From the NCBI RefSeq assembly GCF_038871235.1, contig NZ_JAVZIN010000002.1, positions 43,043 to 107,042 of the forward strand: a DNA stretch of 64,000 nucleotides, given 5' to 3'. The translations under genes were made by a program, and so were the position numbers. Of the stretch, positions 61,534 to 64,000 are shown one piece after another (the first letter of the stretch is position 1; every line of letters starts with the position of its first letter). The notes under the pieces are model-generated. The model had not been told where the DNA came from, did not search any database, and saw nothing but the letters and a program-made list of their open reading frames with translations. This DNA is from Candidatus Hadarchaeum sp. Its GTDB lineage: Archaea > Hadarchaeota > Hadarchaeia > Hadarchaeales > Hadarchaeaceae.

Positions 61534-62352
61534 CTAATCACCTATCATAATTTTTCTAAATATCTGGGAAAATCCGAGGTAGGTAATGAAATACCACCAA
61601 CCCACCCCGAAAACGACCAGCGGGCCAATAAAGGGAAGGTCTATTCTGATAAACGGCAACCAAGCCACCACCCATCCTTTAAAGTAACCGCTCAGCGTGA
61701 TCCACAGGATAAAAAGCGGGATCATATAGATGATGGACGGCTTCAAGGTTTGCGACGTGTTCTGCATCATCAGCTTGTTTATCTCGGGCTGCTGCAATTG
61801 AAGTTTGTGCACCAGTTTCATGTCCCTCTTCTTCATCGCCTCACGGTATTCCTTCTGGAAAGCAGCTATTTTCTCTTTGTTCTGCTTCACCAACTCCCAG
61901 TTCACCATTTTCTTAGTTATTATATTCACAATAAATGATGCCACAACACTGATGCCCAGAATTATAAAGAGAGAATATTCAAAAATTGGCGACAGATGAA
62001 CCCCCACCAGCGAAGCCGCTCTGGAGATATCTGATCGCAAAGAGAGGATATCGGTTTCAGTTGGTGTCTGAGAAACTGCTGCGAACTTGACCTTAATTTG
62101 CTCGTCAAGGGAGGAATCTGCTCCCGCCACGCTGGAGCTGAAACTAAACAGATAGCCCTCATAGGCCTGCGCAAGATGGCTTTTGGCCGAGTCGCTGTCG
62201 CCCCGGCGCAAGGATGCCGCTGAGGTGTCTAAGTTATTAATGATGCTGAAAAGATCGTCGCTATTTCCTTGCCCTTGGGCCCGAGCTAATCCTGAAAGAA
62301 TTATAGCAGATGTCAGCACCAGAGCCAGCAGAATCGGCATCTTTCTTGGCAT
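61534..62352 (-). CDS. DUF106/EMC3-TMCO1 (Oxa1 superfamily) protein with extra N-terminal secreted domain
   Basis: TM1-coiled coil-TM2-TM3 (KP...MIP, GWWYFI, FRK); canonical position between secY and rpl34e. Confidence 0.85.
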   Translation of the reverse strand: MPRKMPILLALVLTSAIILSGLARAQGQGNSDDLFSIINNLDTSAASLRRGDSDSAKSHLAQAYEGYLFSFSSSVAGADSSLDEQIKVKFAAVSQTPTETDILSLRSDISRAASLVGVHLSPIFEYSLFIILGISVVASFIVNIITKKMVNWELVKQNKEKIAAFQKEYREAMKKRDMKLVHKLQLQQPEINKLMMQNTSQTLKPSIIYMIPLFILWITLSGYFKGWVVAWLPFIRIDLPFIGPLVVFGVGWWYFITYLGFSQIFRKIMIGD

Positions 62353-62558
62353 AAATTCACCTTAGCGCTGAGACTATATTATCCACTGCTTTTTAAACCC
62401 TTTATCAATATTCTGAAAACAAACCGAAGCCCTGAAACTGGTGGACAGAAAATCCCAACATCGCAATCCGGCTGCTGGCGTTTCGATAGCCCAACTAGCT
62501 TGCTCAAACTATGCATAGTTGCCTCACTGACCAGTCTTTCTGCAACTCGATCGTGTTC

Positions 62559-64000
62559 TCACTCGCCAAAGAGTTTCCTAACGGCTGGGAACATTTCCGC
62601 CACTTGTTCTTTGGCTATCTCCTGATACAAGCTGTACATGATACCAACAGTCAACAGGATGCCTGTCCCGCTACCTAGTGCGCCCAAAAAGTCCGCCCCG
62701 GCCGAGAGGAACCCTACAAAGGCACCACCGAGTAGAGCCGCGGTTATGATGTAACGACTCAGTACCCACTCCATGACTCTCACATCACGCCTAAATCCTG
62801 GAATCAACATGCCGGACTCATCCAGTTGTCTCGCCACATCTCCTGGGCCCATCCCAGTCATGTGCACCCAGAGGTAAGCGAAGCCCATGCTGGCGAGAAC
62901 TAATATCGCCATATAGATGACGGCCCGAATTGGATCGGCGGCTACTTGGGCCAGTCCATTTGGGGCATCTGTGAAGTAGGAAAGCCACGGCGCATGAAGA
63001 AGGGCGGCAAATATCTTCAGATTGGCAAAAACCGTCATGGCCAAGATGACCGGAATATTTGAAGTGTAGAGGAACCTTATCGGGTAGCGTCCCCTGACCC
63101 CGCCAAACCGACCGTATGCCAGCGGAATCTCTATTCTCATGCTTTCGGCATAAACTACTATGAAAAATATAAGAATTGTCGCTATCAGTCCCATCATATT
63201 AGGCAAATGGGGTCTGAAGAACTCACTGATGACATCACCGCTGCTGAGTACCGTGCCTATCAAATTAGGGATGACGCCGGTGGCTGGGTTTAGGGCCTCC
63301 CAGACCACCGTCATGGCAACACCGCCAGCTATAAACAAACTGACCCCGCTACCGAAGCCGTATTTTGAGACCACTTCATCCAGATAGATCACCACGATGG
63401 CCCCTAGGGTTAGTTGCAGAACAAGCAGAATTCCCGCTGGGCTCAACAACCCCACACTCTTGCCATAGTTACCTGCCAGTACCAGCATCGCGCCCTCAAA
63501 AACAGCCATAATGATTGCTAAAAATTTCTGAATCCCGGTGAAGAGGGCACGGTCTTCACTCTCCGACAAATTTAAACCTATTATCTTGCTGCCCACCAAG
63601 AGCTGCATTACTATTCCCGCCGTAACAATTGGGCCAATACCTAACTCCATCAAACTGCCGGCATGACTTGCCAGAACGTATCTAAGCTGACCGAAGAAAT
63701 TTTGGGCCCCGGCATCCCAGACGCCGTTATGATTCAAATCAGTATAAGGTTCTAAAGCGGTTTCACCAGGGTCCATCACCCCGTTACCATTGGCATCAAT
63801 AAAGTCAAAGACTCCGTTACCGTTAGTGTCCACGAACGGCTCCCGCTGGGCTATGCCGTAGAGCGGAATCTGAGACATCAAGAAGAAAACAATCAGGGCC
63901 ACTCCAGTCCAGATGAACCTCTCCTTAAAAGGAACCCTTCTTTTGGGAACTGCAACTTCGGGCAAACGACGAACAATTGAATCTAATGCATAAAGCTTCG
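62559..64000 (-). CDS. secY: Preprotein translocase SecY (start just outside window) with repeat insertion
   Basis: GSLMELGIGPIVTAG, GFGSGVSLFI, YTSNIPVIL, GTGILL; frame stays open to the window end (..KLYALDSIVRRLPEV..). Confidence 0.96.
   Translation of the reverse strand, partial: KLYALDSIVRRLPEVAVPKRRVPFKERFIWTGVALIVFFLMSQIPLYGIAQREPFVDTNGNGVFDFIDANGNGVMDPGETALEPYTDLNHNGVWDAGAQNFFGQLRYVLASHAGSLMELGIGPIVTAGIVMQLLVGSKIIGLNLSESEDRALFTGIQKFLAIIMAVFEGAMLVLAGNYGKSVGLLSPAGILLVLQLTLGAIVVIYLDEVVSKYGFGSGVSLFIAGGVAMTVVWEALNPATGVIPNLIGTVLSSGDVISEFFRPHLPNMMGLIATILIFFIVVYAESMRIEIPLAYGRFGGVRGRYPIRFLYTSNIPVILAMTVFANLKIFAALLHAPWLSYFTDAPNGLAQVAADPIRAVIYMAILVLASMGFAYLWVHMTGMGPGDVARQLDESGMLIPGFRRDVRVMEWVLSRYIITAALLGGAFVGFLSAGADFLGALGSGTGILLTVGIMYSLYQEIAKEQVAEMFPAVRKLFGE

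Noticed and set aside
62507-62520. Perfect 14-bp palindrome AACTATGCATAGTT downstream of secY
   Set aside because: Single occurrence, with no supporting ncRNA boxes or recognisable adk remnant.

Overview
Archaeal core-genome window. Gene content and rRNA style suggest a Hadarchaeota-like (Euryarchaeota sensu lato) lineage; this is an inference, not a database result. From left to right it holds cofactor genes (gch3, thiDN), a 16S-tRNA-Ala-23S rRNA operon on the minus strand with no linked 5S, a moaD-moaE-radical SAM operon, TBP, and adjacent degenerate ThiI and AroA homologues. Next come a complete type IV pilus locus with class III signal-peptide pilins, thermosome, AMP phosphorylase-pdaD, trpEGDCFBA, head-to-head leuA/cimA and aIF1A-rio1. 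The right part has the rpoH-B-A1-A2-L30e-nusA-S12-S7-EF1a-S10 cluster, a non-oxidative pentose phosphate cluster, S13-S4-S11 and the end of the spc-like operon (secY to cbf5). No CRISPR array, transposase or intein was seen. Most notable: (1) SecY carries about 46 aa of DxNxNG Ca-binding-type repeats beside the plug, and the neighbouring Oxa1-family DUF106 protein has gained a secreted N-terminal domain. (2) The 16S processing bulge-helix-bulge would cut exactly at nucleotide G1 of tRNA-Ala. (3) Catalytically eroded ThiI and AroA homologues sit in tandem. (4) The 23S rRNA has a branched helix-98/ES39 expansion. (5) Phased TGTACA-like TRP boxes flank the trpE promoter.
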